A DNA stretch of 64,000 nucleotides from Paragordius varius (taxonomy: Eukaryota > Animalia > Nematomorpha), in the NCBI GenBank assembly GCA_964247055.1, contig OZ176057.1, positions 1,984,001 through 2,048,000 on the forward strand, written 5' to 3'. Below the pieces are notes generated by a model. The model had not been told where the DNA came from. It worked only from the letters and a program-made list of their open reading frames with translations, and did no database searches. Made by a program: the position numbers and the translations under genes. Of the stretch, positions 58,706-64,000 are shown in pieces (the first letter of the stretch is position 1; every line of letters begins with the position of its first letter).

Positions 58706-59608
58706 TATATTTATTGATATTTTTAAAAAAACTACTAAAAGAAACGGTTTCATGTTATATTTATGCTTCTATACTAATAAAATTTACATAGATAAGCCTA
58801 AATATTTAAATAAATCCAGTTTTGAAAAAAAAGTTTCATATCAAATTACTTTGACGCCATTTTTATTTTACAAAATTTTCGCAAAATATCATTTCTATTT
58901 GATTCTACGCCAAAATAAAAGCTAATTTTTTATTTTAATCATTTCTAACATTGATATAAACAAAAAAAGTGGTTTATTTTGCATTATCTTTATGATTAGC
59001 TACTACAAACACATGTCATGTTTCTAAATTTTTACTTTGAAGTTTAGTTATAAAATTAATATTATTATGTTTTTTTTAACAAATCTTTTTTTAGCATTTC
59101 CGTTCATGCATCAATGTTATATAAGTGCACAAACATTTGCAATGGTTTTAATTTGTTCCATATTTTTAGAAATATTTGGATTTAAACAGGCCTAGGGTCC
59201 CCCAAAAAATCCAATTTAAATCGGAGGACTGAAATGAATGTGTTTGTTGTAAGCAAGTGTTACTAAAATTATAATATAACCAAATGGTATATACATGGGG
59301 TAGAAAAAAATACCGTAAACTTAATGATACTACACTTATGATTGCACATAAAGTTATTATTTAGATAGATGAACAAATGTTTTAAATAAATAATTTAATT
59401 AAAAAACTTAAAACAACCCCAAAATGTATTTCATATTTTTTTCAAAAAAAAGAATTAATATCTTAAATTCGAACCAGAACAAACCCTTTTTTTACACAAA
59501 AAACAGTCAATTTTTGGTATATAGATTCATGATTATTATTATCTCTTATTTTTTGGTATTCTTTTCATAAATTATTATACTAACTGCTTATGATTAATAT
59601 ACTTTTAA

Positions 59609-61164
<1,556 letters not shown>

Positions 61165-63264
61165 ATTTTATAAACAACAATAATAATAATAATAATAACA
61201 ATAATAAGCAAAATAACGCATGCCCTTGTTGGAAATTAACTAATAATAATAATAATATAAATAATTTTCAACAACAAGTTTTTCCTAGCTGCTGTTCTGT
61301 GGGTTCTCTTATCCATTGCAACAATGTAAATAACAGTATCATTAATAATAATAATTTTACCAATAATTACAACAAAAAGAATAATATGAATGGTAAAATG
61401 ATGGACCCAAATCTTCAAAGCCCTGTGTACTGTAACACAAGATCAAATTTAAAGAAATGAAAAAAAAAATTTTTTTTTCTGGAAAAAAAAGTCGTAAAAT
61501 TTTGAAAATTTTGCGATATAGTTTTTTTTTTGGTTTTTCTCCACAAACATATGGACCTCATATTACACACATATTATGTAAAATAACTCTAAAGTTATAA
61601 ACATATACACACAATCAATCACAAAACCATTTGATATATTTATTTTAATATTTAAATTTCAATTTGATTATATAATATTAATAATTTTTTTTCATACTGT
61701 TTAAAGATGCAATATTATATATACATACAAACATATTTATACAGCAAAATTCGAATGAAGTGTGCATGTAATTTGGTAGTTAAAGTGTCTGTTGGTAGTT
61801 TAAAAGTGTCTGTTGCCTATATTCTGAAAAAAATGGCTAAATTTATTTCTTGAATGAATTTATTATTTCCAATTATATTACATATATGATTTTTAGTTGA
61901 ATGACAAATAAAATTTGGTTGAATAAATAAAAATTATTCCCGTCTTTCTTTCTGACATTCTTTAATTTAATTATAAAATAAATGGCCATTCAGAGTTTAG
62001 CCTGTTTTTTTATGCTAAACTCTTTTCTTGTTGGCTATTTAATGGATATGATTATACATTTTATTTAGTATTTATGATTTGCGAATTTTCCATTTTTTCG
62101 AATAAAAAATAAAATGAAAGATTTATTAACTCAATAATATTAAGAATTTGTTTTTTAAACATGTAAAAGTTATATTAATATATATATATATTAATATATA
62201 TATTAATGTATATTATTTTAATAATTTTTTTCTGTAAATTTTAAACTTAAAAACTCCAGTATAAACGACATAAGCTCGAATCCGATATCAAAAGTAGCTG
62301 GCTGTATTCTCATCATGATGACCCTTTTTTAAATATATTTAATATACCATTTACAGATTCAAATTTGTCCTTCCTTTAACCCTTAAAGTTAGTCCTTACA
62401 TTTTTTATATTGTCTATAATTTTTTATAGATTAATTTATGCAAATCTTTCTTAGCTTCAACATTATATCATAATTTACAAATCTTTTTCCATTCAATAAC
62501 GTTTCAAGCTAGTTAAATAAGTGATTGATTTTTTTATATATTTAATCGCTTAATTCTAAAATATATATCTATTATAACTCATTGCATTTTATCGTAAAAG
62601 AATTATTAATTAAAATATTACTGTTGATTGAAAAGAAATTATTTGTTAATTAAGAAAGTTCTTTTTAAATAAACATGTTAAATATGATTCACATATAAAT
62701 GTATTCAATAAATTGTGAGTATAGGCAAAATTTTTATGTATGTGGACCCTTGAAATGTTTAAAGTCAACTAGAAGTGCAAACATGATAAATTTGAACCAT
62801 ATGCTAATATTAAAAAAGGCTATTGAGTTTGTTTTAATTAAAATATATCCAAGCAATTCATAAGGTTTCAAACTTGCAAAACTTGCTTCCAATCGATGGT
62901 ATTATCTGGTGCCGTAATTAACTTAGCAAATGTTTTATAAAGGATCGATTTTTAAAGTTAAATGAATGATTAAATGTAAAAAAAATTTAAAAAATAAATT
63001 ATATACTTATTCGTCAAATTTTATATTAAATACACATGTAATGCATGTATGACTGAGATGGGAAATTACAGATATTAAGTAAAATTTAACGTAATTTGAG
63101 TTAAAAGATTTAATGTTATAAAGTTACAACGCATTATTTATTTCTTCATTTTTATATAAAAAAGTGGCTAGTTTGCAAAATACTTTTTCAGTTAAACGAA
63201 AATTTTTCAGAAGTTAAGGTAAAACAATTAGTTGACGTCTTTGAGTATAATTATTACGCATTCA

Positions 63265-64000
63265 TAAGGTGACCAGATTTTTTGAAGGAAAAAGCGGGAC
63301 AAATCTGAGAAAGGGGGGGGGGGTTATGAGGTGGGGTGTACAACCAAAAATTTTTATACAAAAAATTTATTGTAGTATTTATTTATTTTTAACACAAATA
63401 CATTATAAATATGAAAAAATATTTAATTCCTTGGTATATTTTTTATTTGAGTGAATGCGTTTTAGCAGATTGTCATCATTTTATAAAATATTGTAGAAGT
63501 TTTAACAAGAATTTGTCAAATTATATTTGACAGATAAAATGGTAAAGTTTCAACATTTAAATTTGATTTTTCAGATGTCCACATCTGATTTACTGTGGAA
63601 AAAACGCGCTCAGTAGCAGCGTTGGTTCCACGTAAAGATAATGCAAATTCTACATTTTTAAAATATTGTATGGAACATAGTTGTTTCAAAATGATGAAAT
63701 ATTTCTAACCATTTCTTTTCTACTGTATTTTTTTTTGTTGTCCATAATTTAAGTTTTTCTATTAATATATTTTATAACTAATGATATTTTATAAAAAAGA
63801 TATTTTCTGAAAGGTTACTTTTTAAGAATTTTTGGGAGATGCAGAAATGATTTCTGAACATCGCACCAATTAAATTCTGGTTTTAATGTTATCCAATGAA
63901 ATTGATTAATTTCGTTAAACTGCATCGTCCAGTCTTCCAATAATCTTTACAGTTTGTATAAAACATTTTTAATGGTACAGGATATCTTGGCGATATATTT
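63265..64000 (-). mobile_element. Second copy of the hAT element, cut by the window end
   Basis: CGCATTCA followed by TAAGGTGACCAGA at 63257-63277; matches 34457-35192. Confidence 0.92.

Overview
Very AT-rich eukaryotic genomic DNA, probably from an invertebrate animal (inferred from spliced genes and transposon families; the organism cannot be named from the sequence). The layout is X'-Y-X-Y-X. X' (1-~9790) is a visibly diverged paralog of X (28851-~38598). From ~9790 on, the sequence repeats almost base-for-base with a 28,808/28,809-bp period. X' and X carry the three 3' exons of an AMMECR1-family gene; X' has the full Asn-rich tail, while both X copies have a frameshift in the tail. Paralog-specific insertions with visible empty sites are: a decayed full-length RTE LINE plus a short tandem copy (X'), a hAT-Blackjack-type element with 8-bp TSD and a nested Helitron (X), and a foldback-like MITE (X). 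Y holds a ~9-kb compound satellite, a GC-rich island with long hairpins, and a few candidate exons of unidentified genes. The most unusual item is a ~107-bp cassette made of a telomere-like G-quadruplex motif plus two GNA-triloop hairpins. It occurs five times per unit in outward-facing orientation around the satellite and shares its hairpins with the Helitron 3' end. All analysis was by eye; identities and copy counts are approximate unless stated as exact.
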